Source: an uncultured Chloroflexia bacterium (GTDB lineage: Bacteria; Chloroflexota; Limnocylindria; Limnocylindrales; CSP1-4). From it: a stretch of 64,000 bases of DNA. Location: NCBI GenBank assembly GCA_963713975.1, contig OY970218.1:3200001-3264000 (forward strand), given 5' to 3'. Shown here in pieces: positions 10,190-20,438 of the stretch (within the stretch, counting starts at the first letter, position 1; the number at the start of each line of letters is the position of its first letter). The position numbers and the translations under genes are program-made. Below the pieces are notes generated by a model that was not told where the DNA came from, ran no database searches, and worked only from the letters and a program-made list of their open reading frames with translations.

Positions 10190-12535
10190 TCAGTAGCCGC
10201 GCGTGCGGCGCGACGGCCGCTGGCCCGTGCGCCTGCGGATGTTCGGAGTGACCGTCCGGTCCCAGGTCGGCCGATCCAGCCACCGGGCCTGCCAGCCACC
10301 GTCCTCGTCCTCGTGCTCATCCCGAATCCCGGGGAACAGCTCCGTGGCCGTTCCCGCGGGCCCATCGTCGCCGCCCGCAGGCTCCTCGCCCGCCTCGAGC
10401 ACCCTGACCTCGGTGACCTCGAATGCCGCCGCGTCGTCCGGCCGCCCGCCGCCGGGCCGATGGGCAGCCGCCCGCTCCTTGGCGGGCAAGAGGGCATCCT
10501 TGGCCGCCCGCTCCGCCGCGCGTGCCACGACCACCGATGCGTCCTGCTCCAGGACCCGCAGCCGGACCTGCTGGATCTCGTCCCGGATCGCCGCGGCCCG
10601 CTCGAACTCCAGCTGCTTCGCCGCGGCCTTCATCTCGGCCTCCATTCGCGCAACCAGGCGTTCCACCTCGGCCTTGTCGGCTGCGGCGAGCTGCTGGTCG
10701 CGCCGCTCGGACGTGTACATGACCGTGTTCTCGGCCACCGCGCGCAGCCGGTCGTTGATGTCGTGGATGCCCTTGATGATCGTGGTGGGCTCGATGCCGT
10801 GCTCCGCGTTGTAGCGCTCCTGGGCGCTGCGCCGGCGGTCCGTCTCCTCGATCGCCACCCGCATCGACTCGGTGACGGAGTCGGCGTACATGATCACCGT
10901 GCCGCCGGTGTTACGGGCCGCCCGTCCGATCATCTGGATCAGCGACCAGGCGCTGCGCAGGAACCCTTCCTTGTCCGCGTCGAGGATCGCCATCAGGGTG
11001 ACCTCGGGCAGGTCGAGGCCCTCGCGCAGGAGGTTGATGCCCACGAGGACGTCGTACACGCCCAGCCGCAGGTCCCGCAGGATCGCAACCCGCTCCAGGG
11101 TGTCCACCTCGCTGTGGAGGTACTGGACCTTGACGCCCAGCTCCTTGAGGTAGTCGGCGAGGTCCTCGGCCATCTTCTTGGTCAGGGTGGTGACCAGGGC
11201 GCGCTCGCCGCGCTCGACCCGGCTCCGGATCTCCTCGAGCAGGTCGTCGATCTGTCCCTCGGTGGGCCGCACGGTGATCGGCGGATCCACGATGCCGGTC
11301 GGGCGGATCAGCTGCTCGACGATCCGCTCACTCTTCTCGTGCTCGTATGGACCGGGCGTCGCGGAGACATAGACGGCCTGGTTGACGTGGACCTCGAACT
11401 CCTCGAAGGTCAGCGGCCGATTGTCCAGCGCGGACGGGAGGCGGAAGCCGAATTCGACCAGGATCTCCTTGCGGGTCCGGTCGTTCTTGTACATGCCCAC
11501 CACCTGGGGGATGGTCATGTGCGACTCGTCCACGATCAGCAGCCAGTCCGGCGGGAAGTAGTCCAGCAGCGTCCACGGCCGGGATCCGGGCTCCCGCTGC
11601 GAGAGATGGCGCGAGTAGTTCTCGACGCCCGAGCAGTAGCCGAGCTCACGGAGCATCTCGAGGTCGAAGGTGGTCCGCTGGCGAAGTCGAGCAGCCTCCA
11701 GGGCGCGGCCCTCGGCCTCCATCTGGCCGACCCTGAGCTCCATCTCGGCCTCGATGTCCGCCACCGCCTGACCCAGCTTGTCCCGGGGCGTCACGAAGTG
11801 GGTCGCAGGGAAGACGTTGAGCTCCTTGCGCTCCGCCAGAAGCTCCCCGGTGAGCGGGTCCAGCTCCGTGATCCGCTCCACCTCGTCGCCGAAGAACTCG
11901 ACGCGGACGACGATCTCGGAGCTGGCCGGGCCGATCTCCAGGGTGTCGCCGCGGACCCGGAACCGGGCGCGGGTGAGCGCGGCGTCGTTGCGCTGGTACT
12001 GAAGGTCGACCAGGTGGCGCAGGACGGCGTCGCGCCGGTACTGCCCGCCCACGCGCAGGCGGAGCACCGTCGCCCCGTAGTCCACGGGCGCCCCAAGGCC
12101 GTAGATGCACGAGACGGACGCGACGATGATGACGTCCCGCCGCTCGAACAGCGCGTGGGTGGCGGCGTGGCGCAGCCGGTCGATCTCCTCGTTCCGGCTG
12201 GAGTCCTTCTCGATGTACGTGTCCGACCGGGGCAGGTACGCCTCCGGCTGGTAGTAGTCGAAGTAGCTGACGAAGTACTCGACCGCGTTGTCCGGGAAGA
12301 ACTCCCGGAACTCGCTGTAGAGCTGGGCAGCCAGCGTCTTGTTGTGGGCCAGGACCAGCGTGGGCTTGTTGTGCCGCACGATCGTCTCGGCCATCGTGAA
12401 CGTCTTGCCCGACCCGGTCACGCCCAGCAGGGTCTGGTGCCGGAGGCCGCGCGCGAGCCCGTCCGTGAGGCGGTCGATCGCCTGCGGCTGGTCTCCGGTG
12501 GGCTCGAACGGCGCTACCAGGCGGAAGTCGGGCAC
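10190..12535 (-). CDS. uvrB: Excinuclease ABC subunit B
   Basis: [29 protein letters not shown]-like, [13 protein letters not shown]-terminal UVR domain [13 protein letters not shown]. Confidence 0.98.
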   Translation of the reverse strand: MPDFRLVAPFEPTGDQPQAIDRLTDGLARGLRHQTLLGVTGSGKTFTMAETIVRHNKPTLVLAHNKTLAAQLYSEFREFFPDNAVEYFVSYFDYYQPEAYLPRSDTYIEKDSSRNEEIDRLRHAATHALFERRDVIIVASVSCIYGLGAPVDYGATVLRLRVGGQYRRDAVLRHLVDLQYQRNDAALTRARFRVRGDTLEIGPASSEIVVRVEFFGDEVERITELDPLTGELLAERKELNVFPATHFVTPRDKLGQAVADIEAEMELRVGQMEAEGRALEAARLRQRTTFDLEMLRELGYCSGVENYSRHLSQREPGSRPWTLLDYFPPDWLLIVDESHMTIPQVVGMYKNDRTRKEILVEFGFRLPSALDNRPLTFEEFEVHVNQAVYVSATPGPYEHEKSERIVEQLIRPTGIVDPPITVRPTEGQIDDLLEEIRSRVERGERALVTTLTKKMAEDLADYLKELGVKVQYLHSEVDTLERVAILRDLRLGVYDVLVGINLLREGLDLPEVTLMAILDADKEGFLRSAWSLIQMIGRAARNTGGTVIMYADSVTESMRVAIEETDRRRSAQERYNAEHGIEPTTIIKGIHDINDRLRAVAENTVMYTSERRDQQLAAADKAEVERLVARMEAEMKAAAKQLEFERAAAIRDEIQQVRLRVLEQDASVVVARAAERAAKDALLPAKERAAAHRPGGGRPDDAAAFEVTEVRVLEAGEEPAGGDDGPAGTATELFPGIRDEHEDEDGGWQARWLDRPTWDRTVTPNIRRRTGQRPSRRTRGY

Positions 12536-12567
12536 GCGCGGATGCTACCACGCAACACCGCTCCATA

Positions 12568-12583
12568 CCGAACATGTGTTCGG
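12568..12583. promoter_or_regulatory. LexA (SOS) box upstream of uvrB
   Basis: CCGAAC-ATGT-GTTCGG with perfect palindromic arms, upstream of -10 TAGCAT (12542-12547), which lies 6 nt before the uvrB GTG. Confidence 0.88.
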
Positions 12584-12704
12584 CGGACTCTGCGCCCCGT
12601 ACCGAAGGGAGTGGCTGCACCGGGACGATCGACTCATGGCGTCGGGGGGCCACTGCTCCAAGACTGCAGAGACCCAGCATGTCCCGGAGCCCGACTGGCG
12701 CTTT

Positions 12705-13301
12705 ATGCCGATGACCCGATTCCCTGTCTCGCAGGCATTCGACCTGGGGCGGTGGCGAGCCCAGGTTGCCCGCCGTCGCGAGGATGGCCAGTCGCTCGTC
12801 GAGTTCGCTCTCGTGATGCCGATCTTCTTCCTGCTGGTCATGGGCCTGATCGAGTATGGCTTCCTGTACAACAACGTCCTCACCGTGCAGTTCGCCTCTC
12901 GCCAGGGAGTGAGCGCGGCGGCCCAGGTGGGCGCCGAGGATGGCGCGGACTGCACGATCCTCAAGGCCGTCGAGAGTGCGCTCACGGCGCCGATCGACAA
13001 GTCGCGGATCGACGAGGTCGAGGTGTTCGAGTCCGACGCCAACGGTGATGCCATCACCGGACGCGTCAATCGCTACCAGCGGGTCGGCACGCTCGACTGC
13101 CCCGGTTCCGTCAATCAGCCGTACACCCTCATCGGCGACGAGGGCTACCCGCAGATCGATCGGCGAGACTCGCTTGCCGATGGCCTGGACGTCGTCGGGG
13201 TCCGGATCGCGTACACCTACCAGGGGATCACACCGATCGGTTCCGGACGCAGCTGGACGGTGAGTGATGGGGCCACGCTGCGCATGGAGCCCAAGCAATG
13301 A
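12705..13301 (+). CDS. tadE: TadE-like minor pilin
   Basis: Prepilin cleavage motif EDG|QSLVEFALVMP followed by hydrophobic helix and ASRQG. Start 12705 or 12711. Confidence 0.85.
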   Translation: MPMTRFPVSQAFDLGRWRAQVARRREDGQSLVEFALVMPIFFLLVMGLIEYGFLYNNVLTVQFASRQGVSAAAQVGAEDGADCTILKAVESALTAPIDKSRIDEVEVFESDANGDAITGRVNRYQRVGTLDCPGSVNQPYTLIGDEGYPQIDRRDSLADGLDVVGVRIAYTYQGITPIGSGRSWTVSDGATLRMEPKQ

Positions 13302-13864
13302 GGGCCCTCCGGCGTGCGGATCAGACCCGCGAGGATGGCGCGCGCGGTCAGGCGCTGGTCGAGCTCGCGCTGGTGCTGCCCGTGTTCATGCTCATCCTGC
13401 TCGGCATGCTCGAGTACGGAGCGGCCATCGACCATCGCACGGCGATGGCGTACGCGGTGCGCGAGGGTGCGCGGGTGGGCGCCAGCCTGGGCAACGGCGG
13501 CTCGAGCCCCAACGGGGTCGACCCGATGATCGTGGCCGCTGTCCAGCGCGGACTGACCGACCCGATCCTGATCGAGAACATCGCCTCGATCGAGATCTTC
13601 AAGGCGAATGCATCCGGCCAGCCGATCGGGTCGTCGATCAACCGCTACGACCGCTACGGCAACCTGGTCGGATCAGCGGGATGGCCGGCGACGGCACGCG
13701 TGCCCGGGCTGGGAGGCGACTCGATCGGCGTTCGCGTCAGCTACGACTTCCACCCCGTCACGCCGCTCGCACCCTTCATGGGCATGATGTTCGGGACGGT
13801 CCCGCCGTACACGACCATCCCCATGACCGACCGCGCGGTGATGCGCCTGGAGCCGACCCCGTGA
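13298..13864 (+). CDS. tadE: TadE-like minor pilin
   Basis: RG|QALVELALVLP...AVREGARVG; ATGA overlap with the previous gene. Confidence 0.88.
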   Translation: MRALRRADQTREDGARGQALVELALVLPVFMLILLGMLEYGAAIDHRTAMAYAVREGARVGASLGNGGSSPNGVDPMIVAAVQRGLTDPILIENIASIEIFKANASGQPIGSSINRYDRYGNLVGSAGWPATARVPGLGGDSIGVRVSYDFHPVTPLAPFMGMMFGTVPPYTTIPMTDRAVMRLEPTP

Positions 13865-15411
13865 TCCGGCGATCGTCATCGCGGGCCGCGGATCACCCGC
13901 AGAGCCGCGGCCAGGTCGTCGTGATGTTCGCGGCAGGCCTGCCCTTGTTCCTGATGGTGATGGCGATCGTCATCGACGTCGGCAGCCTGTGGAACGCCTC
14001 GATCCACGTCCAGCTCGCCGCGGAGGCCGCCGCGCTGGCCGGGGTGCCGTACATGCCCGGCGACTTCAGCACGGCGTCGTCGACCGCGCGGGCGGAGGCA
14101 GCGAAGAATGGATACGTGGTCGCGACCGGCACGACGGTCAACCCGAGGGTCAACGCCGAGTCGGACCGGCGCCTGGACGTCACCATCTCCAGGAACGTCG
14201 GGACCTACTTCCTCCGGCTGATCGGGATGAACACCGTCCAGGTGACCCGGACGGCGACGGCCGAGTACACGCTGCCCGTTCCGATGGGCAGCCCACTGAG
14301 CGTGTATGGCGACAACAGCGGCAAGTTCTGGGCCGCGGCCGAGTCGCAGGGGGCGAACCGCTCCTACGGAGACGCGTTCGGGACGTACTACAACCCCAGC
14401 CCGACCCTGAACAACCAGTACACCCCAGACGGCTACATGTATGCGATCGACGTCCCCGTCGGCGCGGGGGCGACCTCGATCGACCTGTACGACCCGACGT
14501 TCTGCGCCGTGGATGACCAGAAGGGGACCGGCGACCACTGGATCCCGTGGAACCAGTCCGGCTGGCCGGCCGTGTCGATCTACTACACCCTGTGGTCCGA
14601 CCCTGCCCAGACGCCGCTCGACTACAGCGACGACGTCCAGGTGGCCTCGAGTGGCAACCTGTTCGAGTCAAAGCGCCAGGTCGACAAGTCCACGACCTAC
14701 CGCGACACGGGCGCGAGTTGGTCGACGCCGTACAGCGGGTACGCGGCGCTCCCCGACTGCACCAGCGATGCCTACCACAACAAGTGGTGGACGCTGACCA
14801 CCGTGACGACGCCCGGCGCGTACCGGCTCCAGGTCAACATGACGAACCTCGCGAACCCGAATGACCAGAAGAACACGAGCGCGGAGAACATGTGGTCACT
14901 GCGCGCCGTTCCCACGAACGCCACCTACCGGCCGTTTGTCTACGGCCTCGGCAGGATGATCATCTACGCGAACGTCACCAACGGCACGACCCTCTTCTAC
15001 CTCGGCCGGATCGAGGCTGTCCATGCCGGCAAGACCATGGTCATCCAGCTGTTCGACCCGGGCGACGCCTCGGGCAACTCGTCGATCGAGATCCTCCAGC
15101 CGACGACGAGCGGGTACTCGCCCATCAAGTTCAGCTACACCGCCGATTCGAACGCCAGTGGGTCCAAGAAGGGCACCAACGTGAGCAGCATCAAGACGAC
15201 GATCAGCGGCTCGGCGCAGTACAACAACTCATGGGTGACCATCACCGTCCCGCTCCCAAAGACGTACGCGGCGCCACTGCCCCCCGGCGAGCCGGCAGGC
15301 ACGCTCGGTGGCTGGTGGAAGATCCGCTACACGTTCGACAGCACCACGACCGACACGACGACCTGGCAGGTGTCGATCCGGGGCAACCCGGTGCACCTCG
15401 TCCAGCCCTGA
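13861..15411 (+). CDS. TadG-like pilus assembly / tip protein with large S/T/N/Y/W-rich C-terminal domain
   Basis: GTG at 13861 overlaps the upstream stop. RG|QVVVMFA...IDVGSLW...QLAAEAAALAG is the Tad N-terminal motif. Confidence 0.82.
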   Translation: MIRRSSSRAADHPQSRGQVVVMFAAGLPLFLMVMAIVIDVGSLWNASIHVQLAAEAAALAGVPYMPGDFSTASSTARAEAAKNGYVVATGTTVNPRVNAESDRRLDVTISRNVGTYFLRLIGMNTVQVTRTATAEYTLPVPMGSPLSVYGDNSGKFWAAAESQGANRSYGDAFGTYYNPSPTLNNQYTPDGYMYAIDVPVGAGATSIDLYDPTFCAVDDQKGTGDHWIPWNQSGWPAVSIYYTLWSDPAQTPLDYSDDVQVASSGNLFESKRQVDKSTTYRDTGASWSTPYSGYAALPDCTSDAYHNKWWTLTTVTTPGAYRLQVNMTNLANPNDQKNTSAENMWSLRAVPTNATYRPFVYGLGRMIIYANVTNGTTLFYLGRIEAVHAGKTMVIQLFDPGDASGNSSIEILQPTTSGYSPIKFSYTADSNASGSKKGTNVSSIKTTISGSAQYNNSWVTITVPLPKTYAAPLPPGEPAGTLGGWWKIRYTFDSTTTDTTTWQVSIRGNPVHLVQP

Positions 15412-15575
15412 CACTCGCCGCGGCCGACTGTCTCGCTCCGCCGGTACTTTCGGTCGCTTGGCCGCAGGGCCGGTCGGTGCCGACAATCACCACGATCTCC
15501 CGGCGCAATCGACGTTCTACCCGGGCCTGCGCCTGGCCCGCCTGACCCCAGCGCGAACCCGAGGACAACACACGC

Positions 15576-16466
15576 ATGGAATTCGAATACGTGGACACGT
15601 CGCGCCGCCGAAGCAAGTTCGTCGTACTGGCCGGCGTGATCCTCGCGCTCGTCGCCGGCGGCGCCGCGTTCTTCCTGCTCACACAGGCCCGGCAACAGGC
15701 CGGCCAGGGGGACCTGCAGAAGGTCCCGATCGTGGTCGCGAAGGTGCAGATCGCGGCCCGCAAGCCGATCACCGAGGAGGACGTCATGGTGCGGGAGGTG
15801 CCGCTCGACGACACCAACAGCCAGGGGACGTTCGCCGACGCGAGCAAGGTCATCGGCCTGATCCCGACGGTCGCGATCCTCGGCGGCCAGCCCGTCTACG
15901 CGAACTTCCTCGCGTCGACCGCCTCCGGAGGCCAGTTCTCGATCCTGGAGCCTGGCGCGACCGTCGGGCCCGACAGCGAGGCATGGCGGGCGATCTCGCT
16001 CACCGTCCCCGACGACCGCGCGGTCGGTGGCCTGATCAGAGCGGGTGACGTCGTGGACGTGTTCCTGACCGCTCCGGTCACCGTCCCCGAGGACCTCGCA
16101 CTGGCCGGCCGGTACCTGTCGGACAAGTCGACCAAGATCACCTACCAGAACATCCCGATCCTGGAGCGCGCGACGTCCTATTACGTGCTCAAGGTCCCGC
16201 TCGCTGTCGCCGAGGAGATCAGTCACCTCCAGGCTGTCGGGACGGCGTCGTTCAGCCTGGCGCTCCGCCCGATCGAGGACACGCGCATGGCTGACGCGTC
16301 GAAGCTGGGCGAGACGAGCAACCTCATCATCCAGCGGTACGGGCTGCCCGTGCCCGAGACCTGGCCGGCTGGAAAGGGACCGTTGCCGTCGACTGCACCG
16401 ACCTCGCCGTCACCATCTCCCTTGGCGTCGGGAGAGCCGGCAGCCTCCGCCTCCCCGACACCCTGA
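15576..16466 (+). CDS. cpaB: Flp pilus assembly protein CpaB/RcpC (SAF domain)
   Basis: N-terminal TM helix, SAF-like IVVAKVQIAARKPI, and RAISLTVPDDRAVGGLIRAGDVVDV typical of CpaB. Confidence 0.85.
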   Translation: MEFEYVDTSRRRSKFVVLAGVILALVAGGAAFFLLTQARQQAGQGDLQKVPIVVAKVQIAARKPITEEDVMVREVPLDDTNSQGTFADASKVIGLIPTVAILGGQPVYANFLASTASGGQFSILEPGATVGPDSEAWRAISLTVPDDRAVGGLIRAGDVVDVFLTAPVTVPEDLALAGRYLSDKSTKITYQNIPILERATSYYVLKVPLAVAEEISHLQAVGTASFSLALRPIEDTRMADASKLGETSNLIIQRYGLPVPETWPAGKGPLPSTAPTSPSPSPLASGEPAASASPTP

Positions 16467-16507
16467 CCTCCGGGAACCCGCCCGGCCGGGCGGCTAACGC
16501 TCCCCGC

Positions 16508-17122
16508 TCAGCGGGCGGCGGCAAGCGCCTCGTGGAGGGCCGCCGCGACCATCGCCCGTGTCTCCTCCACCCCGCCTGACGTGTCCAGCATGCGTGTGGC
16601 GGCCGGGCGCAGACGGTCCACCAGCCCCGCCTGGGCCGCCATCCGCTGGTCCGCCTCGTCCGGCGACGCGCCGCGGGCGATGAGCCGCTCCCGCTGGACG
16701 GCCGGATCGCAGGTCACGAGCCAGGTCTCGTCGCACATGGCCGCGAGGCCGCCCTCGACGAGCTTGATGGCCTCGATGGCGACCGCGGGCGCTCGGGTAG
16801 CCTCGGCGGTCTCGATCGCCGCCACGATCCGCGGACGGACCGCCGGATGGACGATCGCCTCGAGATCGCGCAATGCCCCCTGGTCCGAGAAGACGAGGCG
16901 GCCGAGCGCGGCGCGATCCACGGTCCCATCGGCGCCGGCGACCGCCGCCCCGAACCGGCGCAGGATGGCCTCGTGGACCGGCGTGCCGGGAGCGGACACC
17001 TCGCGCGCCACGAGGTCCGCGTCCACGAGCTGAGCACCGTGCTCTTCAAGCCACGCAGCGACCTGGGACTTGCCGCACCCGATGGGCCCGGTGATCCCGA
17101 TACGCACGGTCCCGACGATCAT
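16508..17122 (-). CDS. coaE: Dephospho-CoA kinase
   Basis: IGITGPIGCGKS, DADLVAR, DRAALGRLVF, LEAIVHPAV. Confidence 0.95.
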   Translation of the reverse strand: MIVGTVRIGITGPIGCGKSQVAAWLEEHGAQLVDADLVAREVSAPGTPVHEAILRRFGAAVAGADGTVDRAALGRLVFSDQGALRDLEAIVHPAVRPRIVAAIETAEATRAPAVAIEAIKLVEGGLAAMCDETWLVTCDPAVQRERLIARGASPDEADQRMAAQAGLVDRLRPAATRMLDTSGGVEETRAMVAAALHEALAAAR

Positions 17123-19200
17123 GGCGCCATCTCCTCCATCTCAAGCCAGGCGTCCTCGGCCTCCGCGAGCGCGCGGTCCACGTCGGCGAGCTCGCTGGTG
17201 ACGCGGCGCATCTCGACGAAGTTGGCGGCGACCGACGGCGTGCCCATCGCCAGCTCCAGCTGGGTCTTCCGAAGCCCAAGGCGGGCGAGCTCCGCGTCCA
17301 ACTGCTCGCTGCGCCGACGGTACGCATCCTTGGACAGCTTCGGGCGTTTCGGGCGGGGCGTCCTCGGGGCGGTCGGGCCGGCCGCAGCGGTCGTGCCGGC
17401 CGCCGCCGTGCCGGCCTGCAAAGCGTTCGGGGACGCTGCGCCCGCCGCCTTCCCGCGACGGGCCGCCGCAGGCTCCACGGTGGATCGCGAACCCCCGGCT
17501 GCGGGACGGCCGCGGTGCAGTCGGCGTTGGGCCTCGGCCTGCACCGTCCAGCCCTCGGTCACGGCCTGCCGCCACGCACGGTAGCCGCCGTCGAAGGGCA
17601 CGGCCAGGCCGTCGTCGACCACCCACAGGCGATCGCAGATCGTCTCCAGCAGCCGACGGTCGTGCGACACGACCAGGAGGGTCGCCGGGGCCTCCGCCAG
17701 GAAGGCTTCGATGGCCTCGCGGGCCGCGATGTCCAGGTGGTTGGTGGGCTCATCGAGGAGCAGCACGTTCGACGGCATGATGCCCAGCAGGGCCAGCTCC
17801 AGGCGGGACCGCTCGCCGCCGGAGAGCGACCTGACCTCCTTGAACACGTCGTCCCCGCGAAACAGGAAGCGGGCGAGGTAGCCACGCGCCTCGCCGGCCG
17901 TGACCGGGATGACCTCCAGCAGCGCGTCGAGCACCGTGGCTCCCGGGATGGCCGCGTCGCGCAGCTGGGCGAGGTAGCCGGGCTGGACCTGGTGCCCGAA
18001 GGCCACGATCCCGTCCAGCGGTGGCAGGTCGGCGGCGATCGTCCGCAGCAGCGTGGTCTTGCCGGCACCGTTTGGGCCGACGATGCCGATGCGCTCGCCG
18101 CGCTGCGCGGCGAGGAACGGTGCGCGGGCGACGATCACGGGCTCGGGGGCATCGGTGCCGTCAGGGAGGAGCGCCCCGCGCCCCGGCAGGTACCCGACGG
18201 CGAGGTCCTCGAGGCGGATCACCATCTCGCCGGACCGGACGGGACCGCCCGCCAGCGCGCTGCCGTGGAGGCGGAGGGAGCGGGACGACTTCCGCGGTGC
18301 CTCCAGCCGATCCTCGCGCAGCCGCTCCAGGCGCGCCTCGTGCTCGTGCATCTTTGTGTGCTTGCGCTGGCTGCGGTAGCGCTGGACGAGCTCGACCTCG
18401 CGCTCGATCTGGGCGGCCTGGCTCTCGGCGTCCTTCTCGGCCCGGGCATCCCGCTCCAGACGCTGCCGGTGGTAGGCGCTGTAGTCGCCGCGGAACACCG
18501 TGAGGCGACGATCGCGGAGCTCCCACACCCTTGTCACCGTCGCGTCGAGGAAGGCGCGGTCGTGGGAGGCGACCAGCAGCGCGCCCGAGCGTCGCCGGAG
18601 GTGCTCCTCCAGCCACTCGATGGCGCCGATGTCAAGGTGATTGGTCGGCTCGTCGAGCATCAGCAGGTCCGGGTCCGCGATGACCAGGCGTGCGAGGGCC
18701 GCCCGGGTCTGCTGGCCACCGGACAGGGCCGTCGGGGGGCGGAGCCACTCGTCGCGGCCGAACCCCAGTCCCGAGAGAGCCTCGTCCACGCGCTGGTCCA
18801 GCGTGTAGCCGCCCAGGATGTCGAACCGGTGCTGGAGGTCCGCGTAGCGGGTGCCGGCCGCGTGCCCGTCGTGCTCGAGCCGCTCCAGCTCCAGCGCCAT
18901 CCGCTCGAGATGCGCGGCCCCGTGGCGGATCGCGGCCCGCAGGTCCGGAGAGGCCATGAAGGCCTCGTCGAAGTGCGACTCCTGGCCCAGGAGCCCGAAC
19001 GTCAGGTGGCGGCGGCGCGTGACCGTGCCGCGGTCCGCCTCGTCGTGCCCGGCGACGATCCGGAGCAGCGTGGTCTTGCCGGCACCGTTGGGACCCACGA
19101 GGCCCACCCGCTCGCCGGGGGCGATGGCGGCGTCGACGCGGTCGAGGATGACGAAGGTGCCGATCTCGCGCACGACGCCCTGGAGGCGCACGAGGCTCAT
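17119..19200 (-). CDS. ABC-F family ATPase (Uup/YheS-like) with C-terminal coiled coil
   Basis: Two GPNGAGKTT, LSGGQ/LSGGE and DEPTNHLD sets, no TM helices. Start MSLVRL at 19200 overlaps the mutM stop. Confidence 0.92.
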   Translation of the reverse strand: MSLVRLQGVVREIGTFVILDRVDAAIAPGERVGLVGPNGAGKTTLLRIVAGHDEADRGTVTRRRHLTFGLLGQESHFDEAFMASPDLRAAIRHGAAHLERMALELERLEHDGHAAGTRYADLQHRFDILGGYTLDQRVDEALSGLGFGRDEWLRPPTALSGGQQTRAALARLVIADPDLLMLDEPTNHLDIGAIEWLEEHLRRRSGALLVASHDRAFLDATVTRVWELRDRRLTVFRGDYSAYHRQRLERDARAEKDAESQAAQIEREVELVQRYRSQRKHTKMHEHEARLERLREDRLEAPRKSSRSLRLHGSALAGGPVRSGEMVIRLEDLAVGYLPGRGALLPDGTDAPEPVIVARAPFLAAQRGERIGIVGPNGAGKTTLLRTIAADLPPLDGIVAFGHQVQPGYLAQLRDAAIPGATVLDALLEVIPVTAGEARGYLARFLFRGDDVFKEVRSLSGGERSRLELALLGIMPSNVLLLDEPTNHLDIAAREAIEAFLAEAPATLLVVSHDRRLLETICDRLWVVDDGLAVPFDGGYRAWRQAVTEGWTVQAEAQRRLHRGRPAAGGSRSTVEPAAARRGKAAGAASPNALQAGTAAAGTTAAAGPTAPRTPRPKRPKLSKDAYRRRSEQLDAELARLGLRKTQLELAMGTPSVAANFVEMRRVTSELADVDRALAEAEDAWLEMEEMAP

Positions 19201-20330
19201 GCGCCTGGCTCCCCGCTGACGGCCGTTTCCGGGACCGTGGCTCCCGGGGCCGTGCCGTCGGCCGGCCCCATGGCCGTGCCGGCAACATCGCCCGCCCTCG
19301 CCGCGGCCCGGCGCGCAGTCGCAGCGGCCCTGGTGCGCGCCGAACGCTCGCGTGCCCTGGCTGCCTCGGCCCCAGTCCGGCCCAGCACGCCATCTCCGGC
19401 GAGCTCCACCCATCGCCGTCCCGCCCGTCCGGACGCGGCCCTCCCCGGACATGGCGTCATCGTCGCCAGGAGCTTCGCCGCGGCCGGACGCTCCGCCGCC
19501 GGCAGGCGCTGGCAGAACGAGCAGAAGTGCGTTGCCCGGATCCCGATCACGATCCGTCGGACCGGTCGTCCGCAGCGCGGGCACGGCTGCCCCGTGCGCT
19601 GGTAGACGTCGAGGCGCTCCTGCATCTCGCCGTCCCCGTCGGGTGCCGTGTAATCGTCGATGGAGCTGCCGCGTCGCTCCACGGCCTCGGCGAGGATGGC
19701 CACCGTGTTCGCGTAGAGGGCGCGCTCGTCGTGCGGATGCAGCGAGGCGGCGGACCGGAGCGGGTGCAGGCGGGACCGCCAGAGCGCCTCGTCCGCGTAG
19801 ATGTTGCCCACGCCGGCGATGAACGACTGGTCGACAAGCAGCGGCTTGAGGCGTGCGCGGCGACCACGGATCCGCGCCCGGAAGGCCCGCAGCTTGAATC
19901 GAGGATCGAGGGGCTCCGGGCCAAGGCCGTCGAACGGGTCGTCGTCGGCGGTGTACAGGCCCACCCGGCCGAACTTGCGGATGTCACGGAAGCGGATCTC
20001 GCGACCGTCCTCGAGCGCGATGGCCAGGCGCTCGTACGGGTCCACCGGGCTGGCGGCAGGCACCACGAACAGCTGCCCGGTCATCTTGAGGTGCACCGTG
20101 ACGAAGGCGCCGCCGTCGAGCGCCAGGATCAACTGCTTGCCGCGCCGGCCCACGTCCTCGATGCGGCGCCCGAGGATGCCGGCCGAGAACGAGCCCGGAT
20201 CCTCGTCGCGCAGCGTCCGCGGCCAGGCCACGCGGGTGCCGACGATCACCGGGCCGGGCCCGCCGCCCTCGGGCAGCAGGTGGCGCCGGAGGTCACGGGC
20301 GACGGTCTCGACCTCGGGTAGCTCAGGCAT
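19197..20330 (-). CDS. mutM: Formamidopyrimidine-DNA glycosylase
   Basis: MPELPEVET N-terminus, HLKMTG, GVGNIYADEAL, CPRC...CSFCQ zinc finger, plus a C-terminal extension. Confidence 0.96.
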   Translation of the reverse strand: MPELPEVETVARDLRRHLLPEGGGPGPVIVGTRVAWPRTLRDEDPGSFSAGILGRRIEDVGRRGKQLILALDGGAFVTVHLKMTGQLFVVPAASPVDPYERLAIALEDGREIRFRDIRKFGRVGLYTADDDPFDGLGPEPLDPRFKLRAFRARIRGRRARLKPLLVDQSFIAGVGNIYADEALWRSRLHPLRSAASLHPHDERALYANTVAILAEAVERRGSSIDDYTAPDGDGEMQERLDVYQRTGQPCPRCGRPVRRIVIGIRATHFCSFCQRLPAAERPAAAKLLATMTPCPGRAASGRAGRRWVELAGDGVLGRTGAEAARARERSARTRAAATARRAAARAGDVAGTAMGPADGTAPGATVPETAVSGEPGA

Positions 20331-20343
20331 CGCCGCAGACGAT

Positions 20344-20380
20344 AGGGCACGTTCGCAGGGCACGTTCGCCGGGCACGGTC
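20344..20380. repeat. 13-bp tandem repeat (agggcacgttcgc x2 plus a degenerate third) in the mutM promoter region
   Basis: Units at 20344, 20357 and 20370. Confidence 0.75.
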
Positions 20381-20438
20381 CGCCGGCCCTCGAGGCGCGC
20401 CTCGCGGCGCCCCGACCTCAGGCACCATTGGGGGGCCC

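Noticed and set aside
12339-12704. Extended N-termini in the ORF track (tadE, polA, ABC-F, mutM, second BMP, aminotransferase)
   Set aside because: They overlap neighbouring genes or promoters; family motifs, SDs and -10 boxes point to later starts.
20344-20380. LexA box at mutM (GTTCG half-sites)
   Set aside because: The half-sites are in direct, not inverted, orientation; no GAAC-N4-GTTC.
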